Shown: positions 27,881-42,348, counted from the first letter of the stretch. The stretch: 64,000 nt of DNA from Eledone cirrhosa (GCA_964016885.1 OZ024741.1:212846001-212910000); one strand, 5' to 3'. The notes: generated by a model from the letters alone, not told the origin. Numbers and translations: made by a program.

Positions 27881-28793
27881 CATCATTATCGTCATTATAT
27901 TTATAGTCATTATCAGCACTATAACATATCATCACCAAGTTTATAGTCAGTACCTTTGTCGTGGTCATCATCATTATCTACATTACTGTAACCAGCTCCA
28001 CCAGCATTATCTGCATATCCTCCATCACCCCCACCAGCACTACCACCATCACCAATATATCATCACATTTATCACTGTAACCACCACCACCTCCACCATA
28101 TCACTACCATCAAAACCCCCAATCTTACACTATTCCTAAGACCACTACCATCTCAACAACACTGAACGTGTGTCCTTAATATAAAAAATGAGTTCCAGCA
28201 TCAGCTGGGGATTAGATAGGGTCTTGACTGGCATCGTATCTAAGTGGGAGTGTTATATATTCATCAACTTCACGTCAACGTAACTAGAACAAGCTCTTAT
28301 CTGATGCCCCTCTGGGCTTTAAGAAAACGTTAGTTAAGCATTTGTCGAATTATGGTACCTGACATGTTTGCTACTTGCCCCCAGGGGTGTATACAGATAA
28401 ATAAGTAAACAAACACGTCAGTATACCGTATGCGAAATAAATAGAGAAATACTCATATATTAATCAGAATCCAGCATAAACAATAGATATTTCATGGTAT
28501 TGTTTTATCTAGTTTCATATATACGAATGTCAGATTTTGGCTCAGATTATCAATCGACTCCCTAGGTACTCCCAACAATGACTGCGGTTCGATAGCAACA
28601 ACATTGGGAGCCTCTAGACCAAGTCAGGCTAGACCGCATATTGCAAAAACCGAAGTTCCATTATATTTTGACACCAGTTCATGCAAACGTCACTGCAAGT
28701 ATGAGCTGTCAACCTCGAATTTGTCAGAAATCTCGTTTGATACAGTGAAAATAGTAGTTTATTCATAAAGAAGGATTTGATTGAAGAGATAAT

Positions 28794-28983
28794 TGTTTCT
28801 ACTTTTGGCACAAGGCCAGCAATTTCCCAGTGTATTACTGGTACTTTATTTTATCGACCCCCGTAAGGATGAAAGGCAAAGTTAACCTCGGCGGGATTTG
28901 AACTCAGAATGGCAAGGGCCGTATATCTATGCGTCAAAGCATGGCGTCCGACCCTCTACCGATACTGCCAATTCACCGCCCTA
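28794..28983 (-). mobile_element. Main-family SINE with a 14-bp target-site duplication
   Basis: attgaagagataat at 28780-28793 and 28984-28997. Confidence 0.88.
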
Positions 28984-29149
28984 ATTGAAGAGATAATGCA
29001 GTTTATTTATAGACGGTGATGGTTCTTGTTACTTTAAAAAGAAATATAGCCTCCGGCTTGGCTGTGTAGTTAAACGCTTCGCACGCACATTGATTCAGGT
29101 TCAATCACACAGCATGTCACAGCCTAAATCAGAAACAATTTTTATGGCT

Positions 29150-30139
29150 GATGGATTGGCAAAATTGGTAGAGCGCCGAACATCATGCTCTGCGGCATAG
29201 AGTTGCAGCTCTTTATGTTCAGAGTTCAAATTCCGCCGACGTTAACTTTGCCTTTCATCCTTATTGGGTCGATAAAATAAAGTACCAGTCACGCACTGGA
29301 GACGATTTAATCGACATTCCCCTCCCCAAAAATTACTGGTTTTGTGCCTATATAAGAAACCATTATTATTATTATTATCATTTAACTTGAAGAAAATGGG
29401 TTGGTAGTATCGGTAGAGCGTTAGATAACACGCTTTGCAGCATATATTTATGGCCTTTTACGTTCTGAGTTAAAATCCCGCCGAGGGTAACTTTGCCTTT
29501 CATCCTTACGGAGTCGATTAAATAAAGTACCAGTAATGTACTGAAATAATTGCTGGCCTTGTGCCTAAAGTAGAAACAATTATTGGCGTTGAATTGGCAG
29601 TATCGGTAGAGGGTCGGACGCCATGCTTTCCAGCACAGAGTTACGCCCCTTGTGGTCTGAGTTCAAATCCCGCCGAGGTTAACTTTACCTTTCATCCTTA
29701 CGGGGGTCGATAAAATAAAGTACCAGTAATGTACTGGAATAATTGCTGGCCTTGTGCCAAAAGTAGAAACAATTATTATCATTACCAAGGGCGGTGAACT
29801 GTCAGTATCTGTAGAGGTTGGACGCTATGCATTTCTAGCATAGTTACGTCCCTTTACGGTCTGAGTTCAAATCCCGTCAAGGTTAACTTTGCTTTTCATC
29901 CTTACGGGGTCGATAAAATAAAGTACCAGTAATGTACTGCGTGATTGCTAGCCTTGTGCCAAAAGTAGAAACACTTATTATTATTATCATTAGCAACAAC
30001 TCTTTCGATTTAAATAATCCTCCTTTTGTGATAAAGGGAATTTATAAGAAAAAAATCAATGGAATTTGTTGCAAGGACCAGAATACATGGTGTGATTTCA
30101 ATTAATATATCTTTAGACATTATCTATTGTTCTTGTGGT

Positions 30140-30177
<38 letters not shown>

Positions 30178-30251
30178 TTACTGTTGCTGCTGCTGCTGCC
30201 GCTGCTACTACTACTACTACTACTCTACGACTACTACTACTACTACCAATG

Positions 30252-30290
<39 letters not shown>

Positions 30291-30960
30291 ATTCATCATT
30301 GATTGGCAAAATTGATGGCCTATTGTCTAATGTAGAAATCGTTATTATTATGATTATATTGGTTGAGCATAGGACACCACGCTTTGTGGCATAGAGTTAT
30401 GGCCCTTTTACGTTCTGAGTTCAAATCCGTCGAGGTTAACATTGCTTCTCATCCTTACGGTGTTGATAAAATGAAGTACCAGTAATACACTGCGTCGATT
30501 TAATCGACTTTCCCCTCTACCCAAATGACTGGCCTTGTGCCTATATAAGAAACCATTATAATTGACATGTGAGTTCAAATCCCGTCGAGGTTAAGTTTGC
30601 ATTTCATCCTTACGGGGTTGATAAAATAAAGTACCAGTAATGTACTGGAAATTTGCTGTCCTTGTGCCAAATGTAGAAACAATTATGATCGTTATTAGTA
30701 TTTATTATAACCACTGTTAATATAATTATCAATGGTAATATTATTATTTTGTTGGTTTGTCGGTAGAGGGTCGGACGCCATGCTTTGACGCATAGAGTTA
30801 CGGCCCTTGTCATTCTGAGTTCAAATCCCGCCCAGGTTAACTTTGCTTTTAATCCTTACGAGGTCGATAAAATAAAGGACCAGTCAGGCACTGGGGTCGA
30901 TTTAATCGACTTTCGCCTCCTCCAAATTGCTGGCCTTGTGCTTAAAGTAGAAACAATTAT
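29150..30960 (+). mobile_element. Head-to-tail cluster of about 7 main-family SINE copies, interrupted by (TAC)n/(TGC)n at 30140-30290
   Basis: Copies start near 29150, 29395, 29585, 29788, 30360, 30568 and 30755. All are on + and end in agaaacaatt(att)n-like tails. Confidence 0.88.
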
Positions 30961-31017
30961 TTTCTAGACTCGAGTATCACTCATCGAAATATCTGTCTGG
31001 TTTATATCAGTTTCATA

Positions 31018-31117
<100 letters not shown>

Positions 31118-31190
31118 TATACTTGTGCATGGTGCTTCCATAGGCGGTATGCCAAAATTAGCACTCAATATTCAGCAGAGTAGAGTGTAG

Positions 31191-31506
31191 ATAGTATAAA
31201 AAAAACGAAAAATCAGTAATGCATCTGGCCTCAATTTATTGTGTCACAATTGTTTCGCCGGCAGGTAGCTCGAGACAGGGTCCCTGTATGGATTTGGCTG
31301 ATTCTACGGCAGCAGGTTCCCTCAGACACGGGTAGTTCGTTCGGTGATAAAATTTGCTCCGAACGAACTACCCGTCTCTGAGGAACCTGCAGCCGTAGAA
31401 TCAGCCAGATCCATACAGGGACACTGTCTCGAGCTACCTGCCGGCGAAACAATTGTAACACGCAATAAATTGTGTCCAGATGCATCACTGATTTTTCGTT
31501 TTTTTA

Positions 31507-31512
<6 letters not shown>
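31191..31512. repeat. ~150-bp-arm inverted repeat with a hammerhead motif in each arm
   Basis: + arm 31373-31462 reads cgtct-CTGAGGA-acc...ggc-GAAAC-aatt-GTA-acacg. Followed by (TA)n. Confidence 0.8.
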
Positions 31513-31595
<83 letters not shown>

Positions 31596-31768
31596 TACAT
31601 ATATGTATATATGTATATATATGTATATAAGTATATATGTATATATATGTGTATATGTATATCTATATATATATGAATTTTCTTCTCTCATCCCTTCACT
31701 ATCCAAGAAAAATTTGAACCGTTAAGGTATTTTTCTTGGTTATGTCAAAATTTATAAAACAAAATTTG

Positions 31769-31829
31769 TATTTTATCTGATGAAAGCGTACCAAAGTTTA
31801 GGTACCCTTGAAATATATATAATAGAATA
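31769..31829 (+). ncRNA. Type I hammerhead ribozyme motif
   Basis: tattttat-CTGATGA-aagcgtacc-aaagttta-ggtaccctt-GAAAT-atat-ATA-atagaata. All three helices can pair. Confidence 0.75.
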
Positions 31830-31964
31830 AATATCATTTTATAAATATAGTGTCCATTTATTTAATATCATTGAATATGATACTCCAGAAAACTTGTCGA
31901 GTGCTCTGAATCAGTTATAAACATTTATATTTGTTGAATTACCAACACGTTGAATATCCCTTTT

Positions 31965-32003
<39 letters not shown>

Positions 32004-32009
<6 letters not shown>

Positions 32010-32367
32010 ATTAAATAAATCGAAAACTATATTTATAAAACCATATCTATTTCATTATATATATTTCGGGGATATCATATTAACAATATGCTATGCCTTC
32101 ATCAGACAAAATACAATATAAACAGTTTTATAGATAAATAGATTCGACATACCGTTATAACACCGACTTCATTTGAAGAGGTTTAAGCTGGCAGTCAAAT
32201 GAAGTCGGTGTTATAACGGTATGTCGAATCTATTTATCTATAAAACTGTTTATATTGTATTTTGTCTGATGAAGGCATAGCATATTGTTAATATGATATC
32301 CCCGAAATATATATAATGAAATAGATATGGTTTTATAAATATAGTTTTCCATTTATTTAATATTGTA
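32004..32367. repeat. Near-perfect ~170-bp-arm palindrome with hammerheads at 32258-32323 (+) and 32048-32113 (-)
   Basis: tattttgt-CTGATGA-aggcatagcatatt-gtt-aatatgatatcccc-GAAAT-atat-ATA-atgaaata. Loop at about 32178-32195. Confidence 0.85.
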
Positions 32368-32781
32368 AATATACTCCAAATATTTGTCGAGTGCTTTTAT
32401 ATCAGTTATAAATATTTACTAGTTGTAACCCAACAATTTTAAATATAACTTTCCATATTTATATATATATATATATTCAATATATATATATATATGAATA
32501 TATATATGATATGAGTGCTCTGAATCAGTTATAAACATTTATATTTGTTGAATTACCAACACATTGAATATCCCTTTTGTTTATATATATATATATAAAC
32601 AAAAGGGATATTCAATGTGTTGGTAATTCAACAAATATAAATGTTTATAACTGATTCAGAGAAACAAAAGGGATATTCAATGTGTTGGTAATTCAACAAA
32701 TATAAATGTTTATAACTGATTCAGAGCACTCATATCATATATATATTCATATATATATATATATTGAATATCTCTTTTGCT

Positions 32782-32812
<31 letters not shown>

Positions 32813-32843
32813 AGATCAAAAGATGGTTAAACGAGTTCCATGT

Positions 32844-32912
32844 ATTTTATTATGCGCATTTCAAAAACAAATATCATCATGCAATAACATTTGTGTTTTC
32901 ATCAGATAAAAT
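32844..32912 (-). ncRNA. Type I hammerhead motif, same family as 59806-59874
   Basis: Minus strand: ttttat-CTGATGA-aaacacaaatgttatt...gatatttgttttt-GAAAT-gcgc-ATA-ataaaa. Confidence 0.7.
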
Positions 32913-33144
32913 AGGAAGACATGATATGAAGGTTAAAAAACACTTGTGGATAGTGCAGTTTTAAATCAACATATGAAAAGTAGTTTTAGATTGATGTGTG
33001 ATATTGGGAAAAAAAGATTTTTGAGGGGGGGGGGGGATGAAAAAGAGGAGGAGATGAGAGTAAAAAGTGGAGAGGATTAGTAGAGTGCTTCTTATCCGAT
33101 ATCTGCATTGCTATATTGTAGTACAATAAAACTCACCTCCTACA

Positions 33145-33181
<37 letters not shown>

Positions 33182-33216
33182 ATACTTTGGGAGGGTCATG
33201 TTGCCAATAAGAAACG

Positions 33217-33277
<61 letters not shown>

Positions 33278-33278
<1 letters not shown>

Positions 33279-36200
33279 TCTTTTACTCTTTTACTCTTTT
33301 ACCTGTCTCAGCCATCCGGCTGAAGCCATGCTGGGGCACCGCCCTTGTTGCTACACATTTGATCTCCAGCCTGTATAGGTTGGCCACTGGTGTAAGAGGG
33401 AGTGTGTTGCTGCTTCCCTTAGGTTTCCCTCGTGCCTTGCTGTGGGCTCATCTGGGATCCTGGATAACAAGGTGTCGAGATGTTTCTTGAAGACATCCAC
33501 CTCCACGTCATGCAAATCTCTCAGATCTCTCGGCAGCTTGTTGAAGAGTTGAGGGGCCTTGAATCCCAGGCTATTGCAATACCTGCTCCTTATTCTAGAC
33601 TTGGAAGACGGGACCTTTGGCACCACACAGTGACGTCCTGTTCGACGGTTGGTCCAGCTCCCAATGCCAAAGTTTGGTGCTAGTCCCTCCAGGATTTTCC
33701 ACACGTAGATCACTGCGTATCTCTCCCGTCTTCGTTCCAAGGTGTAGAGGTTCAGTTCCTTTAGCCTCTCCCAGTAGCTTGTCTCCTTCATCGTGGCAAT
33801 CCTCTTGGTGTAGCTTCGCTGGATTTCCTCAAGCTCTGTGGTTAGTTTGACACTATGGCGTGACCACAACTGGGAGCAGTAGTCCAGGCGGCTTAGGACA
33901 AATGTCCTCTATAGTTTCAACATGGTGTCTCGATCTCTTGTCCGGAAAGTCCTCAAGATCCAGCCAGCGAGTCGTCTGCACATTGTCGCCACTTTCATGA
34001 TGTGTGAAGAAAAAGATTCATCATCGCTCATGTCTATGCCCAGGTCTCGTATCGATTTTGACACGGGGATATCGGTCCCTCCTGGTCCTGCTTAGTTGTG
34101 TTGTACTATATTTCTGTTTGCAGGTTTGTTTGGAGGTTTGTATTGTAGGGCTTGGAATTTGCCAGCATTAAACTGCATGTTGTTTTCTTCCGCCCATTTG
34201 TATATGGCATCCAGATCCTGCTGAAAAAGGGCAGCGTCAGCCGGGTTTTTGATTGCCTGTGCTACCTTAGTGTCATCAGCATAGCTAGTGAGGGATGTTG
34301 TTGTATGTACTACAGAGGGCATGTCTGAGAGAGCCACCAAAAACAGTAGTGGTCCCAGGACTGTCCCCTGGGGCACCCCACTTGTTATTTGTGTTTCCTT
34401 TGAGAGGGCCCCATTTGCTGCGGTTGCCTGGTTTCTGTCCTTTAGGAAATCATGCAGCCACTCACCTACTTTTCCAGTTATGCCGAGTCCGTGTAGTTTG
34501 TGACATGTCATTCCGTGGTCGACCTTGTCAAAGGCCTTCGCAAAGTCAAGATATATCACGTCCACATGTGAGCTGTCTAGTAGTTGTTTCAGTACCCAGT
34601 CGTAGTGATGTAGCAGCTGTTTAAGGCAGCTTCTTCCTGGGCGGAAGCCATGTTGCGTGCTAGTCAGGCGGTCATTTTCCTCGAGGAAAGTGATCAGTTT
34701 CTTTCTGACGACTCGCTCCATGACCTTACTGATATGCGACGTCAGGGAGACTGGCCTATAGATGTTGGCCTCCGCTCTGCTACCTCATTTATGGATAGGG
34801 CATATTGTGCCTTCTTTCAGCACCGCTAGCCAAGGAGCTTCTGAAGAGTATCTTCAGTGGAGTTGCTAAGGCCCGCTTACATATTTTTAAGAGAACTGCT
34901 GGGAATCCATCAGGTCCAGCAGCCGAGTCTGTTCTAATTTCATCAATGGCGTACACCACATCCTCCTCCGTTATGTCTATGTGGTTGATGGTTGCCATTT
35001 CTTCATGTAGTGTTGTGGCATCAAAGAACTCCTCTGGCTTCGTTATTTGCATGTGCCTCAGTGGACATGTGAACACAATTTTGTACTGTTCGTTCAGTAT
35101 TTCACATATCTCTTGGGGGTTTTCGGTTAATGAACCGTCCGTATGGAAGAGTGGCCCAATATTGCAGTGTAATGAGGCAGTTTCTTTACCAAATTTAAAG
35201 AAGGCCTCAGGGTTTGTTTTAATGTTTTCTATGGCTCTGTTCTCTTTCTTTGCCCTCTCATTCTCATGGGAAAGCTTGAGTGCAATCTCGGTGCCACGTA
35301 ATGCACATTTCAAATAGGATTCCATCTTGTTTTTGTTTTGTTGACTATTCAACTGGTTTGAGAGTTTGGTTCTACGTCTCATAAGGATTTTCCTATCTCT
35401 GGGAATAAGATTTTTGTGTCAGTTTGCCTTTTTCTCCGGGACAAACCTTTTGCATATAGTGTGTATCATTGTCATGAAGTGTTGAAATTGTGTTAGTGTC
35501 TTGTGTGGCGGTGTTTTCACTTCATGTTTGCTTCCGGATTTCTCTCTTAATCTTTTTCCAGTTAGCCTTGTAGAAGTTAAGGTCGGATAACGTCCCGGAA
35601 CCTCTTGGTGGTTTTGTCTATGTTGGTTCTCTTGGACCACATATCATTAGCTCTATTAAGTTATGATCCGAGAGAATTGTTGGTGTCACCTTTAAATTGT
35701 GGATGAGCACTTCATTGTTTGTAAAACAGAGGTCCAGGACATTTCGCCTCTTGTTGGGAGGAGTATTGCTTGCTCCATGAACAGCCTGTGAGTGAGGGCC
35801 AGCAGGGATTCCGTCTGTCTCTGTTCTATTGACGTCATTCCAGGGAGGAGGTGGCCCTCAGACCATTTGACCTGTGGTAGGTTGAAGTCTCCCAGCAGTA
35901 GAATGTTGAGACCCTGGTCCAGTTTGTCAAGGACCTCTTCTATCGTACTTAGGCTATTCTCAAATTTACCCTCATGACTGGGGGCATCGGACGGCCGATA
36001 TGTGACACATATTACTGTCTGTAGTTGCCTCATATGTACTATCAGTGTGTCACAGACTGAGTTTGAATGTGTCAACAGTACAATTGGTGTGACATCTTCA
36101 CGGATATACAGAGCAACCCCACCATGTGTTCTCTCCTTCCTGTCCGAACGAAATGCAGTATATTTCGGTATATGTATTTCTGCATCTGCTATACTGCTTG

Positions 36201-36875
36201 TCAGGTGCGTTTCGGTTAGTGCCATGCATAATACTTGATTATTTATGGCTAAGTCTCCCAGGTAGGAAATTTTACTCATGTTACTGAATTTCACCAGGCC
36301 TCTGACATTCAGCAGCAGCACTGGTGTGACATTTGGGGTGCCAGTAATAGCTGTCGGTATGACACCTGGTCTGGTGTCAGCGGCGGCCACTCTGGGTCCC
36401 TTAGCTGTGGTGGTCTCGACTGCTGGTGTGGGTGACCCTGGCTCTGGAGACGATGCAGCCAGGTCAGCTGTCCCACAATCTTCTCTGCCATCACTAAAAA
36501 ATGTTTATGCTCTGCTGCTGCCATCTGTATCTCGTCGGCATGTGCGTGCCTTCTCCTTGTTGGTGCGGCACGCGCGACATCAGCATACATCTGGAGCGGC
36601 TTATTTCGGCTTTGGCTGGGGCATGTTGCGCGAGTAGGATGGGCATAGTTCGTTTGAGACCTAGGGTGGGCAATCTGCATCCCATCCCTGTCTCTCCATG
36701 CCAGCATGTCCCGTTCTTGAAAAATTTGCACATTACTTGGGTGTTTTTGCTCCCAGTGTCTCGGTGCTTTCTGTTCTTCATTTGAACAGTTGTCCACTGG
36801 TCCCTCTGTGCTTGGTTCTCCTTCGGAAGGTGATTTCGTTTTTCACCTTTACCCTTTGCTTGTTGGTTGCCCAGC
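33278..36875 (-). mobile_element. CR1/L2-group LINE, multiply frameshifted: ORF1 remnant with CCCH-like finger, APE endonuclease, RT, 3' tail (TAAAAGAG)3 next to (TA)n
   Basis: MCKFFKNGTCWHG (36494-36781); LLNVRGL, LTETHL, GGVALY, LLGDFNLP (35692-36390); AAGPDG; DFAKAFD, SGVPQGTVLGPLLF, YADD (34092-34721); ERRRERY..PDEP (33351-33869). Confidence 0.92.
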
Positions 36876-37047
36876 CTGCTACTTTATTTTATCGAGCTCG
36901 TAATGGTGAAAGGCAAAGTTAATCTTGGCGGGATTTGAACTCAGATCGTAAATCCACATATATAATGATTCAGAATTTCTGTTACGTTACGCTTTTTCTA
37001 CCCGACGAAATGCGATTCTCGCTGAATTTATACTTATATATTTATTA

Positions 37048-37163
<116 letters not shown>

Positions 37164-37192
37164 GTATATATATATATGTATATATATATATG

Positions 37193-37315
<123 letters not shown>

Positions 37316-37569
37316 AGAAACACAGTAAACCGTGTGTCTAAAATTACAAGGGTTGAAAAATCACATTTCTTTGAAATATTTAACCAAGAAGCAGACAGAA
37401 TGATAAAATATACAAACCGCCTCAATAACCATTATATCTCTCGGACAGATTATTCCTAATCTGTTTCGCCCTTATAAGTATATAAGTATAAATTCAGGGA
37501 GAATCGCATCTCGTCGGGTAGAAAAAGCGTAACATAACACAAATTCTGAATCATTATATATGTGGATTT

Positions 37570-37686
37570 ACGATCTGAGTTCAAATCCCGCCAAGATTAA
37601 CTTTTCCTTTCATCCTTACGAGGTTTATAAAATAAAGTACCAGTAATGTACTGGATAACTGCAGGCCTTGTACCGAAAGTAGAAAC

Positions 37687-37724
<38 letters not shown>

Positions 37725-37900
37725 GTTTCTACGTTTAGCACAAGGCCACCAATTACCAGTGCATTACTGGTACTTTATTTTATCGACCCCGTAAGGATGA
37801 AAGGCAAAGTTAACCTCGGCGGGATTTGAACTCAGAATGGCAAGGGTCGTAACTCTATGCGTCAAAGCATGGCGTCCGATCCTCAATCGATACTGCGAAT
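37570..37900. mobile_element. Tail-to-tail SINE pair (37570-37690 +, 37720-37900 -) separated by (TA)n
   Basis: Match to the consensus. Confidence 0.8.
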
Positions 37901-38571
37901 CCACATATAATGAAAAATAAAAGTTACGGTCGAAAGAAAGGGGTATCCTGGTCAGTTGTCTACTAGGAATCATTGGTATTTCTTCACGTTAGAGACAAGA
38001 TACCTCAGCTTAGGGCGAACAATAACTAAAATAAGTTATCGGGATAAAAGAAGGTGGTGGGGGTGGGGGGACATGTAGACAAACACGAAGGGTGAAGCAA
38101 CGTAAAGAGAGGAAAATTAGAAAAATATCAAGTCAACAACTCATTACGAACGTAAGAACTGGCGAATTTTGGCGAGAGTGAAAAAAGAAAAATGTGTATA
38201 TATATATATATATATGTGTGTGTACTGTGTGTATATATGTATGCTGTGTATATATATATATAACTATATATAACTATATATGTATATCAAAAACCGAAGA
38301 AACAAGAGGATGCATTAAAATATGAATTTATATGACTATATGGATATGTGTGTGTATATGTATTAACGTATGGATACACGTGTCTATGTGTATGTATGTA
38401 TGTGGAAGGATCGGAATGAAATCATGCCAAAGAATGGAAGAAACACACACACATATATATATGTCTATATATATTAGAAAATAGAATAGCTTTCACAGTA
38501 TTTTTGACTAAAGGAATTTTAGCCTGATAATGGGGTTTAGAACCCTCAGATGAATGGAAAAAGATGAGTAT

Positions 38572-38642
38572 TGACGTACATGGGAGTCGAACCCTCATCT
38601 TTGGTTATCGCGACCAATGTGCTACCATTACACCAACACATC
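38572..38642 (-). tRNA. tRNA-like cloverleaf (probably a pseudo-tRNA or repeat-borne tRNA derivative)
   Basis: GATGTGT-TG-GTGTAATGGTAGCAC-A-TTGGT-CGCGATA-ACCAA-AGAT-GAGGG-TTCGACT-CCCAT-GTACGTC-A. Good A/B boxes, but no U33 and several G-U pairs or mismatches. Confidence 0.45.
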
Positions 38643-38948
38643 ACCCATCTCTCTCCATTCAAATTAGAAGCTACATTCTTAGCGAATTTAAATGGCTAGT
38701 AAGTATGTTTGGAAAGAGTGAGCAGGTTTGAAATTAGAAAATAGAATAGCTTTCACCGTATTTTTGACTAAAGGAATATTAGCCTGATAATGGGGTTTAG
38801 AACCCTATGTACGTCAATACTCATCTTTTTCCATTTATATGAGGGTTCTAAACCCCATTATCAGGCTAAAATTCCTTTAGTCTAAAATACGGTGAAAGCT
38901 ATTCTATTTTCTAATTTCAAACCTGCTCACTGTTTCAAAACATAATTA

Positions 38949-38999
<51 letters not shown>

Positions 39000-39160
39000 C
39001 GAAGAAAATGTGGTAAGGAACCAGGTGGACCATAACGCACCAAAGTACTCAATACTTAGGGTAGTAGAGTGGGTAATAGGAACCAGTAAGACCCCGACGG
39101 CTGAGCTCAAGCCGTTTCGACGGCTAATTCTGGACTAGTCCAGAATTAGTCTTACTGGTT

Positions 39161-39223
<63 letters not shown>

Positions 39224-39469
39224 GCATACATATATATGTATATGTATATATATATATGTATATGTATATATATAGAAAAGATGAAGTTGGAAATAGCACA
39301 GGAAATATATTTAAGGATCTGTTTTTGTGTATGTATATACTGTATATATATATATGTATATGTATATATATATTTGTATATATGTGTATATATGTATGTA
39401 TATGTATATATATATGTGAATATATATGTATATATATATGTATATATATATATATGTGTATATATATAT

Positions 39470-39532
<63 letters not shown>

Positions 39533-39560
39533 TACATACATACATACATACATACATACA

Positions 39561-39592
<32 letters not shown>

Positions 39593-39945
39593 AAACATAC
39601 ATATAAAACGAAAACTTTCTATCAAATCATTTCCTCTAGACATGGTTGTTCCGATAGAAAAATAATTGCTAAATGGAATTTGTGTTATGCCGCTGATGTC
39701 TTTCGAATTTCTCTTCGTGACAGTCCATGACACAAAATTAGTTTGTGCCATTTCGTAAAAGGAAGTTAGATTTACCGAGCTAGGCGTTTTACTTCATCCT
39801 CACCGAAATTAACTCTGAACCTACTATATCAAGTTTAGATTTTCAAAAATATCAGGTCCCGTGTAGTAAATTCTAAAACGTTTGTTTGCGTTTGCGCGTG
39901 GTGTGTGAGTGGCTACGTATGTATGTATATATGTATATGTATATG

Positions 39946-40022
<77 letters not shown>

Positions 40023-40131
40023 TTGTGTGTGTATGTGTGTATGTCTGTTTATGTATGTAAATCTATATATGTATACGCACACAGGCAACACAGACACACA
40101 CACATATATATTTATATCCACACACATATAA

Positions 40132-40170
<39 letters not shown>

Positions 40171-40346
40171 AGAATATTTTCGAAACAGCGAGTTGATTTG
40201 AAATTATTAGAAATGTATTGACGTACATGTACGTCAATACTCATCTTTTTCCATTTCTTAACCCCACTATCAGGCTTAATAATTTCTTTAATTTCTTTAA
40301 ATTCTTTAATTTCTTTAGTCAAAATACGGCGATACTTACATTTCTG

Positions 40347-40423
<77 letters not shown>

Positions 40424-40960
40424 ATGATGATGGCTGCCCCCTCGTTATCAAGTATGGCCATTGCACGATATGCCATTATTAATTAATCATATCGTGCAAT
40501 ACTAGTGCGTGAAGATATCTTTTAAAGTGAGGAAAGAGTGTGTACTGAGCCAATCCCACTCTCTCAGCGACAGGAGCTATAACCCGAAAAGAAGAGAAGA
40601 TCAACATCATCGGTAACTACTGAGCCGCAGGTTTTATATCGGAGTTATCCCAGTTTATTGAGTTGCTTTCTCCTAGAAGAATGCCCTGACAAAGGATAAG
40701 GGTCCTTCACTCCCAGTAGTTTAACCAAGCGATCGTGAGTCCAGCCCGACTCTTTCTATGTCTCTGCGCATATACATACACACATGTATATACACATATA
40801 CATCTTCATACATATGTATATGTGTATATACAGATTTACAAACTTTTGGATGGCTGTTGACTCTTATCAGTTCTTCCGCCCTTTGGTATATATATATATA
40901 TATATCAAAGGGCGGAAGAACTCATATACATACACACACACAATCACACACACACACACA

Positions 40961-41055
<95 letters not shown>

Positions 41056-41744
41056 GTATATATATATATATACATATACATATATACATATGTATTTTAT
41101 ATATATATACATAAACACACACACACGTACATATATTTATATATTTATATATATATATATATACACATATATACACAGTTCATGAGTAACCAATCTTAAA
41201 GAGAGAGATGGAGATAGTAGAGGAGATATGAGAGGAAAGATTGGTGAGTTAGTTAGAAGCCAAAGCATAAAGCATGTGCTCAATGTGCAATATGCAGTAG
41301 AAAGCAGCTAGGTGGCTGGGTTCATGCAGAGGTTAGGTGCGCAGAGCTGGAAATATTCATTAGTTAAGCAAAACTTGACCACAAATTTCACAAGGAAGAC
41401 ATTATTAAAGATTGTCAACATATTTTAGTTTGATGTAAGGAATGTAGAGAATAATAATAATAATATTAATAATCATAATGTCCGTTTACAATTCTTTCGC
41501 TACTCCATATAATATTTCTGGATCAGATGACTATATATCATAATTGATCTGGTTCAATTGAAAATAATTAACATTATATTATGTAACATTTAATTTATAT
41601 TCCTTTGAGTTCCGATGAACCATATCAATTATTTCAACTGAACCAGATCAAAATTTAGTGCCTTATATACACTGTATATAAGGCACAAAATTTACCCATC
41701 TCATTACAGTTGAAAATTGCAAACTTGACTGTCAGCACATATTA

Positions 41745-41783
41745 TGAACCTGAAGATTGCGAAAGCATGAAAGTACTTGTTCA
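41745..41783 (+). ncRNA. Minimal type I hammerhead ribozyme motif
   Basis: tgaac-CTGAAGA-ttgc-gaaa-gcat-GAAAG-ta-CTT-gttca. Helix III region is palindromic (aagtactt). Confidence 0.7.
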
Positions 41784-42098
41784 ATTAACAATTAACATTT
41801 AATATTCTACCATACTATTTCATTCTAATACCATTATAAATTTTAAAGGATTGTAAATAAAACGAGTTGGAATTCATTTTATTAATATATATATATATAT
41901 ATATAGGAACAAGTAAGACCCCGACTGCTGAGCTCAAGCCGTTTCGACGGCTAATTCTGAGTCCAGAATTAGCCGTCGAAACGGCTTGAGCTCAGCCTGT
42001 CGAGGTCTTACTTGTTCCTATTACCCACTCTACTACCCTAAGTATTGAGTACTTTGGTGCGTTATGGTCCACCTGGTTCCTTACCACATTTCCTTCGT

Positions 42099-42214
<116 letters not shown>

Positions 42215-42348
42215 GATAAATCTACCAAGAGTTTACGGTAGTGTCCAATCCGTATGAAGAACTCAATGTATTCCGGATATCATGGAAAGAAGAGATGTAA
42301 TGAAAAATCACTTTCGGTGAAAGATAAACGGAATACAGAGTCAAGATA

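Noticed and set aside
29150-30960. CRISPR-like or tRNA gene array
   Set aside because: Units are ~190-bp diverged SINEs without unique spacers or complete cloverleaves, in a eukaryotic context.
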